From Oscillospiraceae bacterium (GTDB lineage: Bacteria; Bacillota_I; Bacilli_A; Erysipelotrichales; Erysipelotrichaceae), in contig CAVKAO010000002.1 in the NCBI GenBank assembly GCA_963654705.1, positions 16,806 to 80,805 of the forward strand: a stretch of 64,000 nucleotides of DNA, given 5' to 3'. The position numbers and the translations under genes are program-made. The notes below the pieces were generated by a model, which saw only the letters and a list, made by a program, of their open reading frames with translations, was not told the DNA's origin and searched no databases. Shown here piece by piece: positions 20,403 to 31,171 of the stretch; positions within the stretch are counted from its first letter, which is position 1, and the number at the start of each line of letters is the position of its first letter.

Positions 20403-21195
20403 TTTCCTTTAAGACAACGATTTCTCTTAAATCTTCTCTATTTTCAACACAGGTTTGTAAAGTTAAAATCTTATCATCATAATCAATGTTAACACCTGTA
20501 TCATAGAAAGCATTAGCCGCTATATTATCAATGTAATTATCAAACATAGCCTGTGTGTAATTACCAATATAGAATTCATAACCATCTTCAGTATAGTAGA
20601 ATGATTCGCCATTATATTCATCAAAAATCAATTGACAATAATATACATAAGCTACTTCATAATCTCTTACTTCATTTTCTAAATATAGTTTTACATACTT
20701 ATTATCTTCATAATTACTTTCATCAATAAGTTTTTGTAAAGGAGTAAACATATGTGTCCTTGTTGGATCTAAACTTTCATAAACAAAATGACCAATTAAA
20801 ATTAAATTTTGATCTTGCAAAGTATTAGAAGAATCAAGGAAAACACTACCCTCTTCATCATATTTCATTGTTGTCCAATTAGTACGATAGTAAGTATTGT
20901 TGTCACTACCCTGTACAAAAGGTTGTTCAATAAGACCCGAATCAAACTTAATAGTGCCTAAATAATCATCATTGATAGCACTATTTTCTTCCCAAAGTTT
21001 TTTAACTAAAGCCTTTTCTTCTTCATCGATGGTTTGGGCTGTTACATCAGTGTTTACAGTAGTAGAATCATTATTATCTTGTTTCTTAAACCAAGAAAAC
21101 GGATCAGCCAACAAGACAACCATACCAAAGACAATTAAAACAGAAAGTAATCCGATTAAAAGATACTTACCATTTTTTTTCTTATTATTTTTCAT
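20377..21195 (-). CDS. class B-like sortase
   Basis: It has an N-terminal TM anchor, a catalytic His context (LILIGH), the TLQTC active-site motif and a downstream conserved Arg. Confidence 0.7.
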   Translation of the reverse strand: MKNNKKKNGKYLLIGLLSVLIVFGMVVLLADPFSWFKKQDNNDSTTVNTDVTAQTIDEEEKALVKKLWEENSAINDDYLGTIKFDSGLIEQPFVQGSDNNTYYRTNWTTMKYDEEGSVFLDSSNTLQDQNLILIGHFVYESLDPTRTHMFTPLQKLIDESNYEDNKYVKLYLENEVRDYEVAYVYYCQLIFDEYNGESFYYTEDGYEFYIGNYTQAMFDNYIDNIAANAFYDTGVNIDYDDKILTLQTCVENREDLREIVVLKEIGRRTYEN

Positions 21196-21206
21196 AAAAT
21201 CCCTCC

Positions 21207-21887
21207 TTAAAGAAAATCCCCATTTCTAATAATAATTGGCTTTAAGACTTTTACTTTAGTCATAGGACCAATCTTAAGCTTCATTATAACCCTAGATGCA
21301 TAAGGACGCTTATCATCATGCACAAAAACCATCTTCATAATCTTCAGTTTGTATTTAAGACACATGTTATAAATTTCCGGAAATCTTTCAGCCGGATATA
21401 AAGTATATACTTCACCATTATCCTTCATATTCTTTCTAAAAGCCTTAAACATATCATCTAGTGGCAGTGTTTCCTCAAACATCGCTGTCTTATAGAATTT
21501 ATTAGCTCTTACATTGCCCATTTCAAAAAACGGTGGATTACATATAACCACATCAACTTTTTCAATATCCAAGTCTTGAATACGCGAATTGATAAGTTTG
21601 TAATCATCAGTATACTGTTTAAGATTTATATCCGCTAATTCAAGTGGCTCACTAAAAATATCAACACCAATCAAAGTTTTAGCGTTATGATAGTGTGCAT
21701 AAAGAAGTAGCGCTCCATTATTAGTGCCCAAATCAAGAACAGTTTTCCCTTTTAAGTCATCAAGAAACATTCCTAAAGCGGCTGTATCTGAGTTCACCTT
21801 AAACATTTGTGAGTCTTGCACTATTGGATAATTAATATATTTTAAATAATCATTCTGTCTCATTGTCATAGTCCTTTGAAAGTTCAA
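21207..21887 (-). CDS. SAM-dependent N6-adenine methyltransferase, tRNA1(Val) m6A37 (TrmN6/YfiC)-like
   Basis: Contains the SAM-binding VLDLGTNNG motif and the NPPFF catalytic motif. It is about 220 aa. Confidence 0.6.
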   Translation of the reverse strand: MNFQRTMTMRQNDYLKYINYPIVQDSQMFKVNSDTAALGMFLDDLKGKTVLDLGTNNGALLLYAHYHNAKTLIGVDIFSEPLELADINLKQYTDDYKLINSRIQDLDIEKVDVVICNPPFFEMGNVRANKFYKTAMFEETLPLDDMFKAFRKNMKDNGEVYTLYPAERFPEIYNMCLKYKLKIMKMVFVHDDKRPYASRVIMKLKIGPMTKVKVLKPIIIRNGDFL

Positions 21888-23307
21888 AATAGAAAGTTGA
21901 TCCCTCTTTTAGTTTGGATGTCACACCATATTTAGCTCTATGAGCCTCAAGTATCGCCTTAGCAATAGCTAATCCTAAACCAGTAGAATTCTCATTTCTT
22001 CTAAATTTCTTATCTATTTTATAATATCTATCCCATACATAAGGAAGCATTTCTTCACTTATGCCATCCCCTTCATCTTTTACTTCAAAACGAACATAAT
22101 CTTCATTATCAATAATATTGATTTCAATTAGAGTATTATCAGAAGAATATTTAATCGCATTAGATAAGAAATTATAGATTACTCTTTGAATCTTTAATTC
22201 ATCGCCATAGACAATAACACTCTTTAAATTCTTACTTAATGTAATATTTTTTTCCTTAATTAAGCCATCTAATAAATTAATAACATTATTAGTGCAAACC
22301 TGCAAATCAAAATTAATCTTATTAAGTTCAATATAACCAGCTTGCATCTTTGAATATTCTTGCATATCATTGATTAACTTAGTTAAGTACTCACTTTCTT
22401 CAATTATGACATCAAGATGCTTTTTACGCTTAATGGGATCTTCACCCGATATATCTTTTATCATCTCAGCATAAGATCTAATAAGGGTGATGGGCGTCTT
22501 TAAATCATGGGATACATTAGCCAACAAATCTTTTCTAAGTTCATTAATCTTTGATAATTTATCGGTCGCATCATCTAATGTATTAGCCAAAGCATTAATT
22601 TCAGAAAAAGAATCGTCCTCTTTAAACTTTACATCATAATCGCCTTGCGCTAATTTATTAGCCTCCTGTTGCATTTTCACAATTGGCATACTGATACGAT
22701 TAGCTAAAACAAAAGAGGCAATTAAAGCTACAATTATTACTACCAAAGCAATAAAAAGATATTGTCCCATAATAAAGTCAACATAAGAATCCAAAAGTTC
22801 AAGTGGCGTATTAATAACTAAATAATAATTAGCTAAATTAGTGCTTACTTTTTTGGCATACACCAACATTTCAATTCCTGAATAACTCGATATAGCAATC
22901 GTTTCTATTGAATTAGAATTATTAAGCATGGTAATAAATTTTTTAGGTTCTTTAGAAATATTGATATTAGTATCATTTATTTCAATATCCTCATTTAACA
23001 TACAAAGTTCACCTAAAGAATCAGCACTATATACTTTATAAGAATTGGAATTATAAATTAAAGCACAAGCATTATTGCCATTTATAAGCTTGTCAACATC
23101 TCTTACAGCCTTTTCACTTGTTTTGGTATTCAATAGTTCATCTTGAATAGTCATAACGATTGTATCAATCGTATTAATTCTATTTTCGCGATAATAGGGC
23201 TTAATAAAAGCTACTAGTAATATTCCTAGCAAGCTTAAAATAACAATGGAAAAAACAAAGAAATATATCCATGTTTTAAATTTAATTCCCTTGAAATTAA
23301 ACTTCAA
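21850..23307 (-). CDS. sensor histidine kinase
   Basis: Two TM helices flank an extracellular domain. It also has a HAMP-like region, the H-box SHDLKTPIT and the G-box GLGLAIAK. Confidence 0.9.
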   Translation of the reverse strand: MKFNFKGIKFKTWIYFFVFSIVILSLLGILLVAFIKPYYRENRINTIDTIVMTIQDELLNTKTSEKAVRDVDKLINGNNACALIYNSNSYKVYSADSLGELCMLNEDIEINDTNINISKEPKKFITMLNNSNSIETIAISSYSGIEMLVYAKKVSTNLANYYLVINTPLELLDSYVDFIMGQYLFIALVVIIVALIASFVLANRISMPIVKMQQEANKLAQGDYDVKFKEDDSFSEINALANTLDDATDKLSKINELRKDLLANVSHDLKTPITLIRSYAEMIKDISGEDPIKRKKHLDVIIEESEYLTKLINDMQEYSKMQAGYIELNKINFDLQVCTNNVINLLDGLIKEKNITLSKNLKSVIVYGDELKIQRVIYNFLSNAIKYSSDNTLIEINIIDNEDYVRFEVKDEGDGISEEMLPYVWDRYYKIDKKFRRNENSTGLGLAIAKAILEAHRAKYGVTSKLKEGSTFYFELSKDYDNETE

Positions 23308-23956
23308 ATTTATACCCCATTCCTCTTATGGTCTTAATTAGATCACGATACTGTCCAAGTGACTTTCTTAGCATCTTTATATGCGTATCAACACTGCGAT
23401 CATCGCCAAAATATTCCACCTTCCATACAGCCTTTAAAATCTTTTCTCTATCTAAGGCAATATTTTTATTCTCAATTAGATAAAATAACAATTCCTTTTC
23501 CTTAGGAGTCATATCCACAACTTCATCATCAATATAGACATTATAAGCATCAAAATCCACAGTTAGACCCTTATAAACAAATTTTTCATTAGTCTTTTTC
23601 TTATTACGTAAAGCCACTGCCTTAATTCTAGCCATTAACTCTTTTGGTGAAAATGGTTTAGTAACATAGTCATCAACACCCATGCCAAAACTAAATAGTT
23701 TATCTTCTTCTTCTGTTCTAGCTGAAAGCATAATGATAGGCACATCCTTATTTTCTTTAATCTTTTTACAAGCACTAAAGCCATCCAAATTTGGCATCAT
23801 GATATCTAAAAGGATGCAATCATAATCGTTTTTAAATGCTAAATCGATTGCTTGATAGCCATCACTTGCTTCATCACAATCAAATTCATTTACCCTAGCA
23901 TATTCTTTTACAACTTCTCTAATTCTTACTTCATCATCCACAATTAAAATCTTCAT
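23297..23956 (-). CDS. OmpR-family response regulator
   Basis: It has a receiver domain (DDE...LDIMMPNLDG, KP) and a winged-helix C-terminus (RGMGYKF). Confidence 0.9.
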   Translation of the reverse strand: MKILIVDDEVRIREVVKEYARVNEFDCDEASDGYQAIDLAFKNDYDCILLDIMMPNLDGFSACKKIKENKDVPIIMLSARTEEEDKLFSFGMGVDDYVTKPFSPKELMARIKAVALRNKKKTNEKFVYKGLTVDFDAYNVYIDDEVVDMTPKEKELLFYLIENKNIALDREKILKAVWKVEYFGDDRSVDTHIKMLRKSLGQYRDLIKTIRGMGYKFEV

Positions 23957-26900
23957 CCTAATACCTCAATCTTTTTAGCTAGTATACTGCCCACTCTATC
24001 AACATTGCCCTCAAAATAAATGTATTTGCTATTACGTAATGTTTCTTGGTTATTCTTGTATAAATTAGGCATAATCACTACCGACATATCACCACTATCA
24101 TCATAAACATCCACAAAAGCCATCATATCGCCATTTTTGGTCTTGTGTTGTTTGATTCTTTTTATCATACCAAAACCCTTTTGATAGCCAAAATTATTGC
24201 CTAATATTAAAAGAGGCAATGTATCAATGTGATATTTATTTTTAATATCTAAAAGTGGATTAAAACTAAAATAGAAACCTAATACAGCCTTTTCATATTC
24301 AGCCCTAACTTGTTTATTATCCAACACTTCTTTAATAACTGGACCATCATCTAATTGATCAATTAAGTTAATACCAATTGGCTTATTATGCACATAATCT
24401 AGCACATTTGGCAAAGAAGATGTCATTGTATTACGACTTAAAGCGAATTCATCAAAAGCTCCAGCACATATTAAATTTAAGATAACACCTTTATCAACGC
24501 CATTATTACATAATCGATAAACACAACTAATGTAGTCTTTATATGGTCCATTATCATTTCTTTCTTTTACAATCTTTTCACTGCTTGTAAAGCCAACATC
24601 CTTGCATATGGTAAAAGGCATAATGATTTTATTATCTAAAATATTATATAAAGATAGAGAATTATTAATAGAAATGCCCTCTATTTGAATATTTGTTTTC
24701 TTACACTCTTTAACATAATCATAAGTTTTACTACTAGAGCCAATTGTTCCATTTAATAAAGCTTTATAGAAATACAATGGAAAATTAGCTTTCAAATAGG
24801 CCATCTTATACGCAACTAAACCATAAGCAATGGAATGCGATTTATTAAAACCATAGTTGGCAAACTTTAGTATTAATTCATATAACTTTAGCGCAATATC
24901 TTCTTTATAGCCATTTTTAATACAACCACTTACAAATTCTGGCTTTAGCTTTTCTAGTTCACTAGCCTTCTTTTTAGACATAGCTCTTCTTAATAAATCC
25001 GCTTTACCCAAACTAAAACCAGCTAGCTTTCTAGCAATCAACATAATCTGTTCTTGATAAACAATAATGCCATAGGTCTCAGACAATATTGGTCTTAACT
25101 CTTCAACTAAGTAAGTTATTTTTTCAGGATGAGCGCGATTTTGCAAAAACACAGGAATGTTTTCCATGGGTCCTGGCCTAAATAAAGCAATCATCATACT
25201 TAATTCCTCAAAAGAATTAGGTGACATTTTCCTAGCTAAGTTCATCATGCCACTAGATTCAAGTTGAAACACTCCCAAAAGATTAACATCCTTAATAAGT
25301 TTAAAAGTCTTTTGATCATTTAAAGGAATATTATTTAAATTAAAGTCTTGATTAAGTTTAATATCATCAACAATCTCAGCAATAATACCTAAATTTCTTA
25401 ATCCTAAAAAATCCATCTTAATTAGACCCATTTCCTCTAAAAACTCAGCAGTATATTGAGTAGAATACAAGTCATTTTCAACTCTAACCGTTGGAACAAC
25501 ATCATCCAACTTCTTACTAGAAAAGACAATGCCTGCCGCATGGGTTGATAAGTGTCTTGGAAAGCCTTCAAGTTTTAGACATATATTAAATAAATCACGG
25601 AATCTTTGTTCACTATTAATCTTTTGTTTAAATAATGGTACATTATCATAAGCCTTCATTAAAGAATCACTATAGGCAAACGGAACTAGTTTACAAAGTG
25701 AATCAATTTCAATATTAGGATAATTTAAGACCCTACCTACATCTCTTATGACCTGTTTTACCTTAAGGGTACCAAAAGTAATAATATGGGCAACATGATC
25801 CATGCCATATTTTTCTTTAACATAGGCTACCACTTCATCTCTTTCATCATCTGGAAAATCCGTATCAATATCAGGCATCGATATTCTTTCTGGATTTAAA
25901 AATCTTTCAAATAATAGGCCATATTTAATTGGATCTATTTCTGTTATACCAAGACAATAAGAAACTAAAGACCCTGCTGCACTACCTCTTCCTGGGCCCA
26001 CAATGATATTTCTTTTTTTAGCATACAAAATAAAGTCATAAACAATCAAAAAGTAGTCTTCAAAGTGCATCTTTAAAATTACACTTAATTCATACTCCAG
26101 TCTTTTCTTATAAGTATCATTAATGTTATTTTTAAGTCTTCTTTTTAGCCCTTCTTTACATAAAGCAATTAAATAATCTTTGCTTGAAACATTATTAGGT
26201 GTTTGATACTTCGGCAAGCTTGTTTTAAAAGAAAATAATACATTACACAAACTAGCAAATCTATCACTATTATCCATTTCTTCTTTAGTATATAGTTCGC
26301 TTAATTCTCTTTCATTTAAAAAATGACGGCCTTTTTCAAAATAAGCATTCTTATCTAAAGTTTTCTTGTCTCTAATACACTTTAATATTTCAAATTCTTT
26401 ATAGTCTTCTTTTTCTAAATAATATATTCTAGGTAAAGCAACAGTCTTTAAATTATGCTTTTTATATGTAGCACTTAAATGTTCATCACGATTAATATTA
26501 AAAGCGATATTATGGTCCATTAAGCCCAAATAATAATCACCATATATCTTTTCTTGATAATCTAGGCATTTATCAATATCACCTTTTTGTTCATAGACAA
26601 TAGTAAGTGGACAATTATCTGAAGGAACGACCAATAAGCAATTATCACGATATTTATTAAGTATCTCTAAATTAATAAAAGAAGTATCATTGTCATTAAT
26701 ATATGAAGAAAGTTTAACTAAGTTTAGATAGCCATCATCGTTTTTTGCATATAAAAACAAAGGATACTTACGGCCATCTAATAATATTTCAAATTCAAGT
26801 CCATAAATATCTTTAAGGCCTTGGCTTTGGCATATATGATGAAAAGATGCACTGGCAAACAGTACATTTTTATCAACAATACCTAATGATGTATAGCCTA

Positions 26901-26988
26901 ATTCCTTAGCTTTTGCAACACTTTTTTTAAGCTCACACATACTGCTTAATAAGCTATAAACACTCTTAAGATATAAAGCACTTTGCAT
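23953..26988 (-). CDS. dnaE: DNA polymerase III alpha subunit (DnaE type)
   Basis: 1011 aa with an N-terminal PHP domain, the polymerase core (PDIDTDF, MDFLGLRNL) and a C-terminal OB fold. The ATG at 26988 has no SD and lies 6 nt after TATAAT (27000-26995). Confidence 0.9.
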   Translation of the reverse strand: MQSALYLKSVYSLLSSMCELKKSVAKAKELGYTSLGIVDKNVLFASASFHHICQSQGLKDIYGLEFEILLDGRKYPLFLYAKNDDGYLNLVKLSSYINDNDTSFINLEILNKYRDNCLLVVPSDNCPLTIVYEQKGDIDKCLDYQEKIYGDYYLGLMDHNIAFNINRDEHLSATYKKHNLKTVALPRIYYLEKEDYKEFEILKCIRDKKTLDKNAYFEKGRHFLNERELSELYTKEEMDNSDRFASLCNVLFSFKTSLPKYQTPNNVSSKDYLIALCKEGLKRRLKNNINDTYKKRLEYELSVILKMHFEDYFLIVYDFILYAKKRNIIVGPGRGSAAGSLVSYCLGITEIDPIKYGLLFERFLNPERISMPDIDTDFPDDERDEVVAYVKEKYGMDHVAHIITFGTLKVKQVIRDVGRVLNYPNIEIDSLCKLVPFAYSDSLMKAYDNVPLFKQKINSEQRFRDLFNICLKLEGFPRHLSTHAAGIVFSSKKLDDVVPTVRVENDLYSTQYTAEFLEEMGLIKMDFLGLRNLGIIAEIVDDIKLNQDFNLNNIPLNDQKTFKLIKDVNLLGVFQLESSGMMNLARKMSPNSFEELSMMIALFRPGPMENIPVFLQNRAHPEKITYLVEELRPILSETYGIIVYQEQIMLIARKLAGFSLGKADLLRRAMSKKKASELEKLKPEFVSGCIKNGYKEDIALKLYELILKFANYGFNKSHSIAYGLVAYKMAYLKANFPLYFYKALLNGTIGSSSKTYDYVKECKKTNIQIEGISINNSLSLYNILDNKIIMPFTICKDVGFTSSEKIVKERNDNGPYKDYISCVYRLCNNGVDKGVILNLICAGAFDEFALSRNTMTSSLPNVLDYVHNKPIGINLIDQLDDGPVIKEVLDNKQVRAEYEKAVLGFYFSFNPLLDIKNKYHIDTLPLLILGNNFGYQKGFGMIKRIKQHKTKNGDMMAFVDVYDDSGDMSVVIMPNLYKNNQETLRNSKYIYFEGNVDRVGSILAKKIEVLG

Positions 26989-27042
26989 GTCTTAATTATA
27001 GCTAAAAACATAAACATTTTTTATAAAAGCTAAAGCTTAGTC

Positions 27043-27070
27043 TTGACAACATTATTGTCTATCATATAAT
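27043..27070 (+). promoter_or_regulatory. copA promoter TTGACA-16 nt-TATAAT
   Basis: Consensus hexamers at 27043-27048 and 27065-27070. Confidence 0.7.
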
Positions 27071-27074
27071 AAAG

Positions 27075-27091
27075 ATACCCTACAGGGGTAT
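27075..27091. promoter_or_regulatory. CsoR-type operator ATACCC-TACAG-GGGTAT
   Basis: Perfect 6-bp inverted arms lie immediately downstream of the -10. They resemble the GC-rich pseudo-palindrome of Bacillus copZA CsoR operators, and a csoR homolog is encoded in the same operon. Confidence 0.65.
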
Positions 27092-27105
27092 AGTATGGAG
27101 GCTAT

Positions 27106-29472
27106 ATGGAAAAAATATATGAAGTCAAAGGCATGACCTGCGTTATTTGTAAGGCCAATGTCGAAAAAGCTTTAAATAAATGCGACGGTGTAAATAGCGC
27201 TGTTGTAAATTTGTTGGAAAATGAGGTTAATATAAATTTTGATGAAAACAAGATTAGTGAAGAAAGCCTTGTGAAAGTCGTTAGTGATGCAGGCTATAAA
27301 CTATTGCTTACAAAAGAAAAAACTATTAATTCAGATAAGATAAAACTTATTATTTCAATTATTTTATGCATTTTATTAATGTATTTTTCAATGAGTTCTA
27401 TGCATATGGAAGATGAAATAGATCACATGATGATGGTTGGTTTAAGTTATAAAGATATCATGCAACTAATTCTTGCAACAATTGTTTTATTAATCTATAA
27501 CCATATCTTTATATCGGGCTTTAAATCATTGTTTCGTTTAAGTCCTAATATGGATTCTCTTGTTGCATTATCAACCACTGTTTCCTATTTTTATTCTATT
27601 TGGGCCCTATATAAGATAAATATGGGCTTTAATAACTATAATCTATATTTTGAAACAGCTGCCATGATTGTTACTATTGTGGCCATTGGTAAATACATTG
27701 AAGGAAACACTAAAACAAAGACAACCAAGATTATTAGAGGTCTAGCTACTCTTATCCCAATGGAAGCTCATGTTTTAAAGGATGGCAAAGAAGAAGTTGT
27801 TTCTATAAATGATGTAAGAAAAAACGATATTTTGATTGTTAGACCAGGTGAATCAATTCCTCAAGATGGAATTATTATAAATGGTGTTACAAGTATTGAC
27901 GAATCAATGATTACAGGTGAATCTTTACCAGTTGAAAAAAATGTTAATGATGAAGTAATTGGAGGAACCATTAATACTACTGGCACCATTAAAATGAAAG
28001 TTAGTAAGTCATCTAATATGAGTGTTCTATCAAATATTATTAATCTTACTAAGAAAGCAACCAGTGAGAAAATCCCCATTGAAAGATTTGCTGATAAAAT
28101 ATCTAAGTACTTCGTTTTTGGAGTAATAAGCATTTCTCTTGTTACTTTAATTGTTTGGTATTTGGTAAGTAAAGATATAGAACTTAGTTTAAACTTCGCC
28201 CTATCAGTACTAGTTATAAGTTGTCCTTGTGCTCTAGGTTTAGCCACTCCAGCTGCAGTAGCAGTCGCAACAGGAAGAAGTGCAAAAGAAGGCGTTTTAA
28301 TTAAAAAGCCAGAAATATTAGAGATTGCTGGTAGCTTAAATACAATAGTCTTTGATAAAACAGGAACACTTACCAAAAATAGTTTAAATGTTGTAGAAAC
28401 AAGAAAAGAAATGGATGGCTTTATTGAGGCTCTTAGTTCAATTGAAAAGACGCAAAATCATCCTATAGCTAAGGCCATTGTTAAAAAATACCCTGATGGC
28501 AATATAAGCTTTGATAAAGTAGAATTCATTGCTGGAGAAGGTGTTAGGGCAATAAAAGATGATGATATCTATTTAGCGGGCAATGATAAATTATTAAAAG
28601 ATAGTATCAAAGAAGAATATATTAACTTTGCTACTTTAAATAATTATTCATACATCGGCCTTAGTAAAAATGGACGTTTAATGGGTGTTATTTATTTAAC
28701 TGATATCTTAAGAGATACTTCAAAAATCGCAATAAATAATCTAAAGAAAAGAAATATCACACCTATTATGTGCACTGGTGATAATCAAATTGCTGCTAGA
28801 AAAGTAGCTAACTTACTTGGTATTGAAAAATATCTAGCTAAAGTAAAGCCTGAAGATAAAAACAAATTAATTAATGAAGAAAAACAAAATGGCAAGGTAG
28901 CCATGGTAGGTGATGGGGTCAATGATTCTATCGCTTTATCTTGTGCTGATGTATCAATTTCAGTTAAATCAGGCAGTGATATAGCTAGTGCAAGTAGCGA
29001 TGTAATTTTAATGAAAAACGATTTAAACGATATTTCGTTCTTATATGATTTAAGCAAGAAAACTATTCGTATAATAAAAGAGAATCTATTTTGGGCGCTT
29101 GGTTACAATACGATTTGTATCCCTATTGCCGCAGGTGTTTTCTATACAAGCTATGGCTTAAAACTTAATCCAATGATTGGTGCAGTTGCTATGTGGGTTA
29201 GTTCAATGTTTGTCTTAACAAACGCACTTAGAATAAATAGTATAAAAAAGGAGGAAATTAAAACTATGAACAAGAAAGTATATGTGGAAGGTATGATGTG
29301 CAAAAATTGCGTTAAGCACGTAAAGGAAGCTTTAGAGGCTTTAGGATGTCAAGTAGAAGTTAGTCTAGAAGATAAGGTAGCTGTAATTACCAATACTAGC
29401 CTAGATAATGAAACAATAACTAAAGCAATTGAAGATGCTGGCTATGACGTCAAGGAAATAGTTAATGACTAA
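27106..29472 (+). CDS. copA: copper-translocating P1B-type ATPase with HMA domains at both termini
   Basis: N-terminal GMTCVICK and C-terminal [11 protein letters not shown] motifs, the CPC transmembrane motif (SCPCALG), DKTGT and GDGVNDS. Confidence 0.9.
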   Translation: MEKIYEVKGMTCVICKANVEKALNKCDGVNSAVVNLLENEVNINFDENKISEESLVKVVSDAGYKLLLTKEKTINSDKIKLIISIILCILLMYFSMSSMHMEDEIDHMMMVGLSYKDIMQLILATIVLLIYNHIFISGFKSLFRLSPNMDSLVALSTTVSYFYSIWALYKINMGFNNYNLYFETAAMIVTIVAIGKYIEGNTKTKTTKIIRGLATLIPMEAHVLKDGKEEVVSINDVRKNDILIVRPGESIPQDGIIINGVTSIDESMITGESLPVEKNVNDEVIGGTINTTGTIKMKVSKSSNMSVLSNIINLTKKATSEKIPIERFADKISKYFVFGVISISLVTLIVWYLVSKDIELSLNFALSVLVISCPCALGLATPAAVAVATGRSAKEGVLIKKPEILEIAGSLNTIVFDKTGTLTKNSLNVVETRKEMDGFIEALSSIEKTQNHPIAKAIVKKYPDGNISFDKVEFIAGEGVRAIKDDDIYLAGNDKLLKDSIKEEYINFATLNNYSYIGLSKNGRLMGVIYLTDILRDTSKIAINNLKKRNITPIMCTGDNQIAARKVANLLGIEKYLAKVKPEDKNKLINEEKQNGKVAMVGDGVNDSIALSCADVSISVKSGSDIASASSDVILMKNDLNDISFLYDLSKKTIRIIKENLFWALGYNTICIPIAAGVFYTSYGLKLNPMIGAVAMWVSSMFVLTNALRINSIKKEEIKTMNKKVYVEGMMCKNCVKHVKEALEALGCQVEVSLEDKVAVITNTSLDNETITKAIEDAGYDVKEIVND

Positions 29473-29722
29473 AGACCAAGAGAAAATTAAAAAATATCTA
29501 AGTATTGCCAAGGGGCAACTTGATGGCATCATAAAAATGATTGATGAAGATCGTTATTGTTTAGATGTCTCTGATCAGCTATTAGCTACTAGGTCTATTT
29601 TAAAGAAGGCTAATAATTTAATTTTGAAAAATCACATTGACTGTTGTGTAAAAGAAGGAATGTTAAATGGTGATACTAGCAAAGTTGATGAGATAATAAA
29701 GGTATTGGAGAAGCAATTATGA
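29465..29722 (+). CDS. csoR: CsoR-family copper-sensing repressor
   Basis: 85 aa with Cys (RYCLD) and His-x-x-Cys (HIDCC) ligand positions. It overlaps the copA stop by 8 nt. Confidence 0.8.
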   Translation: MTKDQEKIKKYLSIAKGQLDGIIKMIDEDRYCLDVSDQLLATRSILKKANNLILKNHIDCCVKEGMLNGDTSKVDEIIKVLEKQL

Positions 29723-30756
29723 TTAGAAGAGAAACAACTAGGCCCATCAAGGTGGGAAATGTCCAAATTGGTGGCCAAAATAAAGTAGTCATCCAATCAA
29801 TGACCAATACTAAAACCAAAGACGTAAACGCAACTGTTAATCAAATACATAAACTTGAAGAAGCAGGTTGTGAGGTAATTAGAGTAGCTATACTAGAAAT
29901 GGAAGATGCTAAGGCAATAAAAGAAATAAAGAAGCAAATACATATTCCTTTAGTATCAGATATTCACTTTAATCCTGATTTTGCGATTGCTGCTATAAAT
30001 AATGGAACCGATAAAATTAGATTAAATCCTGGTAATATTGAAAACGAAGACAAGATAAGGGAAATAGTAAATCTTTGTAAAGAAAGACATATTCCAATTA
30101 GAATTGGTATTAATGGCGGTTCTTTAAATAAGAAGTACAAGCATTCTGAAGAAGCTATGATTGAAAGCGCTAAGGATCATTTAAGAATACTTGAAGAAAT
30201 GGACTTTCATGATGTATGTTTATCCTTTAAATCATCAGATCCACTAGAATGCATAAAAGCCTATAATCTTGCCAGTAAAGAGTTTAATTATCCATTACAT
30301 CTAGGTGTTACTGAAGCTGGTGGTCTTTTAAATAGTGCCATTAAATCTTCATTAGCACTTGGAAATCTAATGCTAGATGGCATTGGCGATACTATTAGAA
30401 TCTCTATTAGCGATGACCCTGTTGAAGAGGTTAAGGTTGCTAAAAAATTATTGAGAGATTGTGGATTAAAAAAAGATGTTGCCAATTTGATATCTTGTCC
30501 AACATGTGGAAGAATTCAATACGATATGTTGCCGATTGTTAAGCAAATGGAAGAATATCTAGAAACAGTACATAAAGATATTAATGTAGCTATTATGGGT
30601 TGTCCAGTTAATGGCCCATTGGAAGCTAAAAGAGCTGATATTGGTGTAGCCGGTGGCAAAGATTGCGCCCTTCTTATTAAAAAAGGCGAAATTATAAGAA
30701 GTATTCCTCAAGAAGAGGTATTTGAAACTTTAAAAGCGGAGATTGAAAAGATGTAA
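29719..30756 (+). CDS. ispG: 4-hydroxy-3-methylbut-2-enyl diphosphate synthase (flavodoxin)
   Basis: 345 aa. It contains GNVQIGG, a TIM-barrel region and C-terminal 4Fe-4S ligands (SCPTCGR ... GCPVNG). It overlaps csoR by 4 nt. Confidence 0.9.
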   Translation: MIRRETTRPIKVGNVQIGGQNKVVIQSMTNTKTKDVNATVNQIHKLEEAGCEVIRVAILEMEDAKAIKEIKKQIHIPLVSDIHFNPDFAIAAINNGTDKIRLNPGNIENEDKIREIVNLCKERHIPIRIGINGGSLNKKYKHSEEAMIESAKDHLRILEEMDFHDVCLSFKSSDPLECIKAYNLASKEFNYPLHLGVTEAGGLLNSAIKSSLALGNLMLDGIGDTIRISISDDPVEEVKVAKKLLRDCGLKKDVANLISCPTCGRIQYDMLPIVKQMEEYLETVHKDINVAIMGCPVNGPLEAKRADIGVAGGKDCALLIKKGEIIRSIPQEEVFETLKAEIEKM

Positions 30757-30758
30757 AT

Positions 30759-30780
30759 AAAAGACACTAATGTGTCTTTT
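30759..30780. terminator. bidirectional terminator between ispG and the convergent C_GCAxxG gene
   Basis: AAAAGACAC-TAAT-GTGTCTTTT, a 9-bp stem. Confidence 0.7.
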
Positions 30781-31171
30781 ATTTTGCGATTATCTCATCA
30801 ATAAGTTCAATGGCTTCGCCAATCATGCCATCACAATGTATTTTCTTAACACCACCCTTTGCGCCGTTGGCTCTTAATAAATCAACGCAATTAAGCATAC
30901 CCTCGTGTTTACTTGCCATATCATTTTTAAACTTATTCAATACGTTAACATCATTAACGCCAAGTAATCCAAGAATCATATAGGCAGCTGAAATAGTGCC
31001 GCAAATGCCACCATATTTCATACCACTTCCAAAATTAAAACCTAAATCAAAACAAGTTTTTTCATCTAAGCCCAATTCTTCACTATATGCACAAAGCATA
31101 GATTGTGCACAATTGTAATGAATATTTGGGTTTTCCCTTAGTTTTAAAGCAATTTCTAAATGTTTATTCAT
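30779..31171 (-). CDS. C_GCAxxG_C_C family redox-active protein
   Basis: 130 aa with NCAQSMLCAY and GGICGTISAA motifs and a C-terminal Cys. Confidence 0.65.
   Translation of the reverse strand: MNKHLEIALKLRENPNIHYNCAQSMLCAYSEELGLDEKTCFDLGFNFGSGMKYGGICGTISAAYMILGLLGVNDVNVLNKFKNDMASKHEGMLNCVDLLRANGAKGGVKKIHCDGMIGEAIELIDEIIAK

Noticed and set aside
27861-28376. 171-aa minus-strand ORF within copA, and similar antisense ORFs in the other long genes (for example 15113-15526, 62556-63026, 47011-47364, 58395-58778)
   Set aside because: They lie opposite strongly supported coding frames, have no start signals and show hydrophobic or low-complexity mirror composition.
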